DNA of 64,000 nucleotides from Peptoniphilaceae bacterium. GTDB lineage: Bacteria; Bacillota; Clostridia; Tissierellales; Peptoniphilaceae. The translations under genes and the position numbers were made by a program. The stretch's first letter is position 1, and each line of letters starts with the position of its first letter. The notes beneath the pieces were generated by a model. That model searched no databases, had not been told where the DNA came from, and saw only the letters and a program-made list of their open reading frames with translations. The stretch is from NCBI GenBank assembly GCA_030152565.1, contig JASLJE010000001.1, positions 1,926-65,925 of the forward strand, read 5' to 3'. Below are positions 1 to 8,988 of the stretch, piece after piece.

Positions 1-2
1 AA

Positions 3-773
3 GCCCTTATCAGGGATGAATTAAATGAAAACGAAGAATCCTTCAAGGCCTATGAAAAAATATATAGGCTGGATCCTGACCAGGCAGCAGCTCTTTATGG
101 CATGGCCATGATCAGGGAAAAACAAGGAGCTTATAGCCGGGCAGAAGAACTTTACAAGTCCTGTATAGAGGTAGACCCGGAATATGACAGGGCCTACTTT
201 TTTCTAGCCAATCTCTATGATATTCAAGGAGACTATGATAGGGCTATAGACTACTATCTAAAGACCTTGGACTTGGTTCCAGACGACTTTATGGCCTATA
301 ACAACCTGGGCTCTATCTATGAGAATAAGAAGGATTATGAAAAGTCTCTAGAGATGTTAAATAAGTCTATAGAAATAGAGAAAGATTATTTTAGGTCCCA
401 CTTCAATCTGGGAGTGGTATATGCTAAAATGGAGGAAATAGAAAAGGCCTTTGATAGCTACTACAGGTCCTTGGCTCTAAATCCCCACTACAGCAATACC
501 TACCTTAATATGTCGGCCCTATATATAGAAGAGAACAATTATCCAGAGGCTATAAATATCCTTAACCTGGGCATTGAAAATAATGACGACTCTGCTAATT
601 TATACTATAATAGAGCGTGTAGCTATATTAAGCTGGACAATCCTAATTGCAGTCTGAGGGATTTAGAATTAGCCATATCCCTAGACCAAGACCTGGTAAA
701 GTATGCAAAAAAGGATGAGGATTTTAAGAAGGTAAGAAATACAGAAAAGTTTAAAAGGATGATAGGTGACTAG
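3..773 (+). CDS. TPR-repeat protein (5' end cut by window edge)
   Basis: The frame is open from nt 3, upstream of the listed ATG at 102. The translation shows several ~34-aa TPR-like repeats (e.g. AYNNLGSIYENKKDYEKSLEMLNKSIEIEKDY, HFNLGVVYAKMEEIEKAFDSYYRSLALNP). Confidence 0.8.
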   Translation, partial: ALIRDELNENEESFKAYEKIYRLDPDQAAALYGMAMIREKQGAYSRAEELYKSCIEVDPEYDRAYFFLANLYDIQGDYDRAIDYYLKTLDLVPDDFMAYNNLGSIYENKKDYEKSLEMLNKSIEIEKDYFRSHFNLGVVYAKMEEIEKAFDSYYRSLALNPHYSNTYLNMSALYIEENNYPEAINILNLGIENNDDSANLYYNRACSYIKLDNPNCSLRDLELAISLDQDLVKYAKKDEDFKKVRNTEKFKRMIGD

Positions 774-1577
774 ATGATATATTTAAAAACAGAAGAAGAA
801 ATACAAGGAATGAGAGAGGCAGGAGAAATCCTTGCCAAGACCCATTTGGCCATAAGAAAGATAATTAGGCCAGGCTTAACTACCATGCAGGTAAATGACT
901 TTGCAGAAGCCTTTATGGCCTACAAGGGAGCAAGTCCTGAACAAAAGGGTTATGAAGGATTTCCTTATGCCCTATGCACATCTCTAAATGATGAGATCTG
1001 CCACGGCTTTCCTAGAGAGGATGTGGTCCTTAAGGAAGGAGATATTTTATCCATAGACAATGTGGTAAACTACAAGGGCTATTTGGCAGATTCTTGCTGG
1101 TCCTATGCTATAGGAGAGTTAAGTGAAGTAAACCAAAAGCTTATGGAAGTTACAGAAGAGTCCATGTATAGGGGAATAGAACAGGCTGTTCATGGCAATA
1201 GGCTGGGAGATATAGGCCATGCCATCCAATCCTATGTGGAAGAAGAAGGCTTCTCAGTAGTAAGACACTTTGTAGGCCACGGCATAGGTGAAGAAATGCA
1301 TGAGGACCCTCAAGTTTTACACTATGGTAAGCCAGGCAGGGGACAAAGACTTATGGAAAACATGGTTATTACCATAGAACCTATGGTTAATGTGGGAGAC
1401 TATGACATAAAGATGGACGACAATGGTTGGGTAGCCAGGACCAAGGACGGCAGCCTATCCTGTCAATTTGAACACACTCTTGTAGTAAGAGATGGAAAAC
1501 CAGATATTTTAACCCTACAAGATGACTATGAACTAAGCGAAGAAGACCTTGAATGGATAGACAAGTATAAATTTTAG
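774..1577 (+). CDS. map: Methionine aminopeptidase, type I
   Basis: 267 aa. Typical MAP-I motifs are present (ICHGFP, SIDNVV..GY.ADS, VGHGIG, ITIEPM, QFEHT). The ATG directly follows the upstream stop. Confidence 0.93.
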   Translation: MIYLKTEEEIQGMREAGEILAKTHLAIRKIIRPGLTTMQVNDFAEAFMAYKGASPEQKGYEGFPYALCTSLNDEICHGFPREDVVLKEGDILSIDNVVNYKGYLADSCWSYAIGELSEVNQKLMEVTEESMYRGIEQAVHGNRLGDIGHAIQSYVEEEGFSVVRHFVGHGIGEEMHEDPQVLHYGKPGRGQRLMENMVITIEPMVNVGDYDIKMDDNGWVARTKDGSLSCQFEHTLVVRDGKPDILTLQDDYELSEEDLEWIDKYKF

Positions 1578-1585
1578 GAGGGGCC

Positions 1586-1927
1586 ATGAAATCATTATTT
1601 AAGATAATAGCTGATTACAAATCCAGCCTGGTATCCATACCAGTTATGGCCGTTATAGCCATAGCCCTTACCCTGGTAGTATATATGTTCTTTAATAAGA
1701 AAAGAATCTATAAGTACCTGATGGGTTTTGCAGCAGTAATATTAGGTTTTATCTTTTTACTGCAAGGATATAGACTGATTATTGAGCCAGTAGGCTTGAG
1801 TTTAATTAATAAGGCGGTACTTTTAGAAGTATTTGGTTGGGTGAATATATTCTTCGCCCTAATCCTAGATATTTTTGATAGTATAGGCCAGGATATAACA
1901 GAGAGAAAAGAAAAGAAAACAAAATAA
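1586..1927 (+). CDS. Small integral membrane protein, unknown function
   Basis: Strong RBS (AGGAGGGG) 5 nt upstream. Three hydrophobic segments and a Lys-rich C terminus. No family recognised. Confidence 0.55.
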   Translation: MKSLFKIIADYKSSLVSIPVMAVIAIALTLVVYMFFNKKRIYKYLMGFAAVILGFIFLLQGYRLIIEPVGLSLINKAVLLEVFGWVNIFFALILDIFDSIGQDITERKEKKTK

Positions 1928-1941
1928 TAAAGGAGGTCCAC

Positions 1942-2676
1942 ATGAAACAAACAGCAGCCTTTTTTGACATAGACGGAACCCTGGTTAGGGAATCTATCCA
2001 GGTTAAGCACTTTAAAAAGTTAGTCAAGTATGGAATAATAGACGAAAAGTACTGGGTTAATGACATCAGAGAGAAGTATGTTCAATTTGAGAGACGTTAT
2101 GGCGAGTTTGATGACTATTTGGAAAGAGTAAGCGAGGTCTATAGGGAAAACCTAAAGGGCATTGATCTTTCCCTTATAGACTATACAGCTGGCCAGGTTA
2201 TAGAAGAAGGTGGAGAAATAGTATACAGATATACTAGGGACAGGATTAAATACCATGAAGATCAAGGTCATTTAATATTCTTTGTTTCAGGATCACCGGA
2301 ATTTTTAGTTTCTAAACTGGCAGAAAAATATCCTGTTACTGCCTTCAAGGGTACAGAGTTTGTCTTTGATGACAAGGATAAGTTTACAGGTAAAATAATC
2401 CCCATGTGGGATAGTGTATCCAAGGAAAAACAAATCACTAAATTTATAGAAGAATATAATATTGATGTAGAGTCATCCTATGCCTATGGAGATACCAACG
2501 GAGATTTCTCCATGTTAAAGACCATGGGCCAGGCCATAGCCATAAATCCATCCCATCTTTTACTAGAAATGATAAGGGAAGATGAGGACCTAAAAAAGAG
2601 GGCCCATATAAGGGTGGAGAGAAAGGATGTTATCTATGCCCTAAGTCCAGATGTTTATACCATAGACTTAGATTAA
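1942..2676 (+). CDS. HAD-superfamily hydrolase (subfamily IB, SerB-like)
   Basis: HAD motif I FFDIDGTL near the N terminus, then VSGSP and a GDTNGD motif IV. RBS AAAGGAGG is present. Confidence 0.75.
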   Translation: MKQTAAFFDIDGTLVRESIQVKHFKKLVKYGIIDEKYWVNDIREKYVQFERRYGEFDDYLERVSEVYRENLKGIDLSLIDYTAGQVIEEGGEIVYRYTRDRIKYHEDQGHLIFFVSGSPEFLVSKLAEKYPVTAFKGTEFVFDDKDKFTGKIIPMWDSVSKEKQITKFIEEYNIDVESSYAYGDTNGDFSMLKTMGQAIAINPSHLLLEMIREDEDLKKRAHIRVERKDVIYALSPDVYTIDLD

Positions 2677-2710
2677 AAAAATGTAATAAAGCAAATTGAA
2701 TATATACAGT

Positions 2711-2749
2711 AATAACCACCTATTTTTATAGAATAGGTGGTTATTTTTA
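2711..2749 (+). terminator. Intrinsic terminator after the HAD gene
   Basis: Perfect 12-bp stem AATAACCACCTA / TAGGTGGTTATT followed by a T run. Confidence 0.85.
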
Positions 2750-2834
2750 ATATTATTCACTTATAAAGATTATTTTACATGTTTGACAGACCTTTCCTTG
2801 ATAAGAATACAAAATAATATATAATAATACTATA

Positions 2835-3257
2835 ATGTTTTCTAAGAGTAATAGGGATATGTCTTTAACAATACAAAAGAATATAGAAAATGTGTTTGAA
2901 AATTACGAAGATAACATTTTTAGATTGAGAGAATTGTTATCGAAGAGAACAGAAAATAAAATGTATGAAAATAATATTCATATATACGATTCTGATAAGG
3001 TAAAGGAAGGTGAAGAAAAAAACAATGAAATACTTGAAATCAGAAGACTAAGAAGAGACATATACCTGAGGGACTTACTAGTGGAAAGTCTCACCGAAGA
3101 AGAACAGAAAATAGTGGAATTAAAATATCAAGAAAAATTGAGAGTTTATGATATAGCATCGAGCCTATACATGTCCACCAGCACCTACTATAGGAGGCTG
3201 GAGGTACTCTGCACTAAGTTAAATAGCTATTATAAGAGTTTTAGCTTTTTATTCTGA
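2835..3257 (+). CDS. ArpU-like / sigma-70 region-4-like small transcriptional regulator (start uncertain, alternative ATG at 2859)
   Basis: 140 aa. The C-terminal LTEEEQKIVELKYQEKLRVYDIASSLYMSTSTYYRRLEVLCTKL resembles the region-4 HTH of ArpU/RinA-type phage late-gene activators. The gene is AT-rich and there is no clear SD before the first ATG. Confidence 0.45.
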   Translation: MFSKSNRDMSLTIQKNIENVFENYEDNIFRLRELLSKRTENKMYENNIHIYDSDKVKEGEEKNNEILEIRRLRRDIYLRDLLVESLTEEEQKIVELKYQEKLRVYDIASSLYMSTSTYYRRLEVLCTKLNSYYKSFSFLF

Positions 3258-3289
3258 TCAAATCTTTTAGAAAACAAAGAGATAGCTGA

Positions 3290-3922
3290 TTATCTCTTGG
3301 TCTGATATTTAACTATCATACCTTTTTCATCGAATTTATAATCAACTATCTCAAAATACATAATTTCTGAAGTATTTGCCAGGTGGTGGCCTAAAAATAG
3401 GCCCTTGTAAATGCCATCGATTTTGGTAATTACTTCATTGTTTTTTTTAAGAGAAACTATATCCAGGCCTATTTCTATGTAAAGATTAACCATTTCAGTT
3501 AAAATGTCAACTATTTCCTCTGCCTGATTGTCAAAAAATATATTGTCTATTTTAAATACCCCATAGTCATGGTCGGTAAAAAAGTCCTTGGCCTCCAGGT
3601 TTAAATACTTGTCCAAGGCATTTATGATTAGGTATCTGGCTGAGTTAAGTCTTAGGATATTCATCCTGGTCTGCCAGTCTACCCTGACTTCAACCTGGTC
3701 TTTTTCTGCCTTCTTGTCCAAGACATAGATCATGCCCATATTGGACTTGTACATGTTTTTTATCAACTCATTATTTATGTAGAGCTTTTCTTCACTAATG
3801 CTGTCTTCGTCATAGTTAAGTAAAATGCTATCTTCAATGGTAAAGTGGGTCTGGTTGTTTATATGTTTTCTCTTGATAAGCTTGGTTTCCAAACTAGTTA
3901 TATATGGATTTTTAGCAAACAT
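3290..3922 (-). CDS. AlaX-like (tRNA-synthetase editing-domain-like) protein with degenerate zinc site
   Basis: 210 aa with RBS AGAGGTGAG. It appears collinear with alanyl-tRNA editing proteins as I recall them: NPYITSLETKLI against (E)DPYLKEFEA.V, VDWQTRMNILRLNSARYLI against IDW.RR...M..H...H.L, and FLGHHLANTSEI against C.GTHV.NTGEI. The HxxxH and CxxxH ligands are mostly replaced. Confidence 0.4.
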   Translation of the reverse strand: MFAKNPYITSLETKLIKRKHINNQTHFTIEDSILLNYDEDSISEEKLYINNELIKNMYKSNMGMIYVLDKKAEKDQVEVRVDWQTRMNILRLNSARYLIINALDKYLNLEAKDFFTDHDYGVFKIDNIFFDNQAEEIVDILTEMVNLYIEIGLDIVSLKKNNEVITKIDGIYKGLFLGHHLANTSEIMYFEIVDYKFDEKGMIVKYQTKR

Positions 3923-3993
3923 CTTCTCACCTCTTAATTCATTATATCAAATATAGAAAATAAAGAGGTAAAAAGTTAAAGAAAGGACAGGAT

Positions 3994-6141
3994 ATGAAAA
4001 GACCAATTCTTAGCTTACTTTTTTCTTATATACTGGCTATTGTTATCTTGGAGAGACTGGCCCTGGGACCTGGCCTGGTCTTAGTTTTTCTAATTCTTAG
4101 CCTTTCTTTATTTCTAATCCATAAAATTCCCCTTTATTTTCTAGCCTGTTTAATTTTTCTAGGAGGGCTAGGTGCCTACCAGGGAAGCTTAAAAGAAGAG
4201 GACCTGGTGGAGGGGACCTTTGAAGTGGTAGGCCTAAACTATGGTAACTATCAGAATAGCTACCAGATAAGAAAAAATACCAGAAAGTATCTTTTTAGGT
4301 CTAAAAACATTTATGGCCTAGGAGATAGAATATATTTAAAAGGAAGTCTGGAAAGGCCCAAGTCCCAGGATAATTTCCATCTTTTTAGCTATAGAAGACA
4401 CCTTAAGTCTAAGAAAATCTTCTACCAAGTGAAGGTCTTTGAAGAAAAAGACTTGAAAAGAAAATCTCCTAGGGGAGGGGTCAATCAAGTCCTTCTTAAA
4501 AACCTTTTGGCTGTTGAGGATGGACCGAGAAGAGAGCTTATGAAAAAGCTGGTCCTAGGCCAGGGGCAGATGGACCAAAAAGATTTAAAAAAATATAGGG
4601 ATATAGGCCTGGCCCACATACTTTCCATATCAGGACTTCACATAAATATTTTTATAGTTCTTTTAGAGGGGCTTTTTGAAAGACTAGGCCTAAAGAAGAA
4701 ACTGGCCACCATCCTAATAGGCCTGGGACTTTTTATCTATGGCTATTTAATCTATTTTCCCATCTCCCTTCAAAGGGCTCTTATCATGTATGGCCTAAGA
4801 GAGCTTGCTCTCTATAGGAAAAACATATATGACAGGCTAAATGCCCTCTACCTGGCAGGTCTTATAATTCTTTTAATAAACCCCTATGCCATCTACAGCC
4901 AGGCCTTCTACTTGAGCTTTTTTTCCATCTTTTCCCTAGTCTATTTTAAGAAAAAACTAAAACTGGCCCTGCCCTGGATAAAAAACAAGTACCTTTTATC
5001 CTACCTAGCCCTCCAGCTAGGCCTTATGCCCCTACAAATCTATTACTTTGATAGCTATAACCTGGCATCTTTTTTCTCCAATCTTATCATCCTTCCCATC
5101 TTTGAAATCTTTATAGGCCTAAGCCTTTTCTTTGTCTTTGGAAGGTCACTTCTAGGGGGACTTTTAGACCCTCTTCTAACAGGACTTTTTATTTTAGTGG
5201 AGACCCTGTCAAGCTCTATCTATAGGCTGGACTTTCTAAGCCTGCGCTTTGATAGCTTTAACTTCTTTGACCTGGTCTTAGCCTATGGCCTAATCTTTTG
5301 CTTTCTAAACTATAAAAGACTAAGAAGGCTTGACTATAGCTATAAGAAGACCTTTTTCCAGCTGACCATTCTAGTCTTTAGCTTTTCCACCTATCTTTTC
5401 TATAGCTATCCTCTAGTTTTTATCAATATGGTGGATGTGGGCCAGGGAGACTGTATCCTCTACAGGGACCGCTATGAAAATATTCTTTTTGACCTGGGAG
5501 GAAATCCCATGGCCAAGGAAAGATCAGGTGAAGACTTAATCAAGTATTTGAAAAAGAATAAGGTGAAAAAACTGGACAGGGTCTTTATCTCCCACCTGGA
5601 CTTTGACCACATGGGAAATCTCTACCAAGTCCTAGGCCAAATCCCCATAGATAAGATCTATATAGGCCAGGATGAACTTTTAGAGATAGAAGGCCAGGAA
5701 ATTATAAAGCTTTCCAAGGATGAAAAACTAGACCTGGGCCAGGCCAGACTTACAACCATCCTGGAAGGATCTGGAAAAAATAGAAGCAATGATACCAGCC
5801 TGGTCCTTGACTTGGAAGTTTTTTCCACCCACCTACTTTTGACAGGAGACATAGAGGAAAATGAGAAACTAATAGGAGACAAGATAAGAGCTACAGATAT
5901 CCTAAAGGTTTCCCACCATGGGTCAGCCTACTCTAGCCAGGATGATTTTCTTGATAGAGTAGCCATTAAGGACGCCCTCATATCTGTTGGCCAGGGAAAT
6001 AGCTATGGCCACCCAGCCAAGGAAGTCCTAGAAAGACTGGATGAAAGATCCATTAAAACCTATAGGACAGACCTGGATGGCAACCTTTTAATTATCATCT
6101 CTCCTGGAGGCTATAGGATTTTTCCCTACAAGAACCTATAA
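3994..6141 (+). CDS. comEC: DNA internalization competence protein ComEC/Rec2
   Basis: 715 aa. A polytopic N-terminal competence domain (ISGLHINIF) is followed by a C-terminal metallo-beta-lactamase domain (VDVGQGDC, SHLDFDH, KVSHHGS). Confidence 0.9.
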   Translation: MKRPILSLLFSYILAIVILERLALGPGLVLVFLILSLSLFLIHKIPLYFLACLIFLGGLGAYQGSLKEEDLVEGTFEVVGLNYGNYQNSYQIRKNTRKYLFRSKNIYGLGDRIYLKGSLERPKSQDNFHLFSYRRHLKSKKIFYQVKVFEEKDLKRKSPRGGVNQVLLKNLLAVEDGPRRELMKKLVLGQGQMDQKDLKKYRDIGLAHILSISGLHINIFIVLLEGLFERLGLKKKLATILIGLGLFIYGYLIYFPISLQRALIMYGLRELALYRKNIYDRLNALYLAGLIILLINPYAIYSQAFYLSFFSIFSLVYFKKKLKLALPWIKNKYLLSYLALQLGLMPLQIYYFDSYNLASFFSNLIILPIFEIFIGLSLFFVFGRSLLGGLLDPLLTGLFILVETLSSSIYRLDFLSLRFDSFNFFDLVLAYGLIFCFLNYKRLRRLDYSYKKTFFQLTILVFSFSTYLFYSYPLVFINMVDVGQGDCILYRDRYENILFDLGGNPMAKERSGEDLIKYLKKNKVKKLDRVFISHLDFDHMGNLYQVLGQIPIDKIYIGQDELLEIEGQEIIKLSKDEKLDLGQARLTTILEGSGKNRSNDTSLVLDLEVFSTHLLLTGDIEENEKLIGDKIRATDILKVSHHGSAYSSQDDFLDRVAIKDALISVGQGNSYGHPAKEVLERLDERSIKTYRTDLDGNLLIIISPGGYRIFPYKNL

Positions 6142-6323
6142 AGATTTTATTAAGCCTAGGCCCAGGTTTAATTTTATTTTTAAGCCTCAAGTCTAGATGC
6201 TATAATAGGATTAGACAAGTAGGGTAAATACCTAGTAGGAGAAGATTAGACAGGTAACTAAAATGTAAGAATTTAGTAAGCTTATATATATAAAGGCTAG
6301 ATAGAATACTAGTGGAGGCTATT

Positions 6324-7010
6324 ATGGAAAAAATTTTATTAGTGGAAGATGATAAGTCCCTGAGTATGGGATTGGTATATTCCTTTAACAAGGAAGGTTA
6401 TAAGATAGACCATGCAGAATCAGTGGCAGAGGCAAAAAAATATTTGGAGGATATGGACTATGACCTTCTAGTTTTAGATGTGGGCCTACCAGATGGGGAT
6501 GGCTATGAACTTTGCGCCTATGTAAGAGAATTTAGTGAGGTGCCAGTAATATTTTTAACGGCCAGAGATGACGAAGAAGACCTGATCAAGGGCTTTGACT
6601 TTGGGGCAGACGACTATATGACCAAGCCCTTTAGCCTAAAGGAACTTATGGTTAGGGTTAAGTCTATTTTAAAAAGATCTGCTAAAAAACAGGTCAGCCT
6701 GGAAAAGACATCAGGAGATATTAGGGTGGATGTGGCAGCGGCCAAGGCCTATAAGAAGGACCAGGTCCTAGACCTGACCCCTTCCGAATACAAGCTTTTA
6801 AACTACTTTATGGACAATAAGAAGATTGCCCTAAGTAGAAACCAAATCCTAGAACACCTATGGGATGCAGAGGGAGACTTTATAGGAGACAATACCATAT
6901 CAGTTTACATAAGTAGGCTGAGGGAAAAAATAGAGGATGACCTATCAGATCCAATCTACATAGTTACCGTAAGAGGCATAGGCTATAGGTGGGATCAGGA
7001 GGTAAATTAA
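6324..7010 (+). CDS. OmpR-family response regulator
   Basis: Receiver domain (LLVEDD, LLVLDVGLPDGDG, phospho-acceptor Asp) plus a winged-helix C terminus (LTPSEYKLL..., VRGIGYRW). ATG 6324 lies 5 nt after GGAGG. The listed ORF begins at GTG 6312. Confidence 0.9.
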   Translation: MEKILLVEDDKSLSMGLVYSFNKEGYKIDHAESVAEAKKYLEDMDYDLLVLDVGLPDGDGYELCAYVREFSEVPVIFLTARDDEEDLIKGFDFGADDYMTKPFSLKELMVRVKSILKRSAKKQVSLEKTSGDIRVDVAAAKAYKKDQVLDLTPSEYKLLNYFMDNKKIALSRNQILEHLWDAEGDFIGDNTISVYISRLREKIEDDLSDPIYIVTVRGIGYRWDQEVN

Positions 7011-8227
7011 TGCTATTTGTAGATGGTAAAAAGGTGGTTAGGTCAACCTTGGCCAACATCTTTTTTATCTTTTTACTGCTCCTACTTTTTACAGTGAGCA
7101 TTAACCTTCAAATAAGAAGGGAAATACTAAATAATGAGGCGGCCATTGCCGTGGCCATCATAAGAGACAAGCCTCAAAATGAGATAGAATATATGGAGTC
7201 TTTTTTTAGGGACAAGACTTCTGAAGAGATAGAAGAGGGAAGGCTTATCCTGGAAAAGTATGGCTATAGGGAAGACTCAGGCCATATTAGGGCCTATAGA
7301 AATATAAGTAGAAGGCTTTATGAAAACTCCTTTATCCTTCTGGTTATAATAGGAGTTATTAATATCTTTGCCCTTATTACCAATGGGATCCAGACTAGAA
7401 ACTATATAAAGTCTGTCGATAAATTTATTGATTCTGTCTTGACCCAGAATTTTAATATTAGACTTAAGGAGTTGGATAGTACTACCCAGTCCAAGTTAAA
7501 CTCTAGGTTTAATAAGATGGGCCTGGCCGTCAAGAAAAACTATGACAAGCTCTATGATGACAATGCCTTTATCAGGGATAGTCTAGCCGACATATCCCAT
7601 CAGATAAAGACCCCCATAGCCAGCCTGTCCATGTACAATGAAATTCTTTCCAATGATGAAAACCTATCAGAGGATTCCCAGAGATTTATAGAGGCTAGTA
7701 GCCAGCAAATAAGTAGGCTAAGGTGGCTTACTGAGTCCTTGTTAAAGATATCCAAGATGGAGGCCAATGCCATCAACTTTAAGAAGGAAAGATTTATAGG
7801 CTACCAAATGTCAGAAGACTTTCCCACAGTTTTCTACAGCCAGCTAAAGAATAAGAAGATGGTCCTAGTCCACCAGGGAGACCTGGACAAGGAAGTAGAA
7901 CTAGACTACAACTGGACCAAGGAAGCCCTTATGAACATAGTGAAAAACGCCATAGAACACGGCTATGAAGACAGTGAAATAATAATTAAATACACTATAA
8001 ATATCTCTATGATCAGGGTGGATGTAATAAATGAAGGGGACCCTATAGATAGTGATGAACTATCCAAGCTCTTTATAAGATTTTACAAGTCCAAGCACAA
8101 TACCAATCCAGAATCAGTGGGTATAGGACTTAACTTGGCCAAGGAGATAGTGGAAAGGCAAAGGGGAACTATTTCAGTACAAAATGATGAAAACAAGGTT
8201 ATTTTTAGTCTATTATTCCTTAAATAG
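7010..8227 (+). CDS. Sensor histidine kinase (two TM segments flanking a ~75-aa loop)
   Basis: H-box SHQIKTPIASL, N-box NIVKNAIEHG and G-box GIGLNLAKEIVERQRG. ATG 7010 overlaps the regulator stop (TAATG) and follows AGGAGG. The listed ORF start at 6989 lies inside the regulator gene. Confidence 0.88.
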   Translation: MLFVDGKKVVRSTLANIFFIFLLLLLFTVSINLQIRREILNNEAAIAVAIIRDKPQNEIEYMESFFRDKTSEEIEEGRLILEKYGYREDSGHIRAYRNISRRLYENSFILLVIIGVINIFALITNGIQTRNYIKSVDKFIDSVLTQNFNIRLKELDSTTQSKLNSRFNKMGLAVKKNYDKLYDDNAFIRDSLADISHQIKTPIASLSMYNEILSNDENLSEDSQRFIEASSQQISRLRWLTESLLKISKMEANAINFKKERFIGYQMSEDFPTVFYSQLKNKKMVLVHQGDLDKEVELDYNWTKEALMNIVKNAIEHGYEDSEIIIKYTINISMIRVDVINEGDPIDSDELSKLFIRFYKSKHNTNPESVGIGLNLAKEIVERQRGTISVQNDENKVIFSLLFLK

Positions 8228-8243
8228 GATAATGGACTTTTTT

Positions 8244-8259
8244 CTTACATATTTGTAAG
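8244..8259. promoter_or_regulatory. Inverted repeat CTTACA-TATT-TGTAAG, candidate response-regulator binding site
   Basis: Perfect 6-4-6 palindrome in the 88-nt gap between the kinase gene and the ABC ATPase gene, ~35 nt upstream of TATATT/TATTAT -10-like hexamers. It fits the TNACA-N4-TGTAA form I recall for BceR-like regulators. Confidence 0.45.
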
Positions 8260-8315
8260 TTAATAGTAGAAGCTAAGTAAGAATTAAAGACTATATTATA
8301 GGTGGAGGATGAATT

Positions 8316-8987
8316 ATGGAAATTATAAAAACAGTGAACTTAAATAAAATATACGGCAAGGGCGAGACTAAGGTCCATGCGGTAAACGATGTAAACTTAA
8401 CTATTAATGAAGGAGAATTTGTCGCTATAGTAGGGGCCAGCGGAGGAGGTAAGTCATCTCTTTTACACCTCTTGGGAGGCTTGGACAAGCCTACTAGCGG
8501 CAGTGTTTTAATAAATGGCCAAGATATCTACAAGATGAAAAATGATACTAGGGCCATCTTTAGGAGAAGAAATATTGGATTTATCTTCCAATTCTTTAAC
8601 CTAATACCAGTGCTGACAGCCAAGGAAAATATAGAGCTACCAGCCAAGTTGGACAATGAAAAGGTGGATCCAGACTACTTAAAAGACCTTATTAGACAGT
8701 TAGGTCTAACCAAGAGAATGGACCATTTCCCTAAGGAACTATCAGGTGGGGAACAACAAAGAGTATCCATAGGCAGGGCCTTGGCCTACAAGCCATCAAT
8801 AATTTTAGCAGATGAGCCTACAGGTAACCTGGACAAGAAAAACTCCCAGGAAATCCTCGAATTATTAAAGATGTTTTCTTCCAAGTATGGAAATACAGTT
8901 ATCATGATAACCCATGATTTAAACCTGGCTGCAGCGGCAGATAGGATAATAAAGATAGAAGACGGAAAGATAGTAAGCGAGGACTAG
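8316..8987 (+). CDS. ABC transporter ATP-binding protein (MacB/LolD/BceA-like)
   Basis: Walker A GASGGGKSS, signature LSGGEQQR, Walker B ILADEPTGNLD and H-loop ITHD. RBS GGTGGAGGA is present. Confidence 0.92.
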   Translation: MEIIKTVNLNKIYGKGETKVHAVNDVNLTINEGEFVAIVGASGGGKSSLLHLLGGLDKPTSGSVLINGQDIYKMKNDTRAIFRRRNIGFIFQFFNLIPVLTAKENIELPAKLDNEKVDPDYLKDLIRQLGLTKRMDHFPKELSGGEQQRVSIGRALAYKPSIILADEPTGNLDKKNSQEILELLKMFSSKYGNTVIMITHDLNLAAAADRIIKIEDGKIVSED

Positions 8988-8988
8988 G

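Noticed and set aside
2680-3990. Prophage or mobile-element interpretation of the AT-rich islet
   Set aside because: There are no integrase, transposase, terminal inverted or direct repeats, tRNA attachment site or structural phage genes. Only the ArpU-like gene hints at phage ancestry, so it is reported as an islet, not a mobile element.
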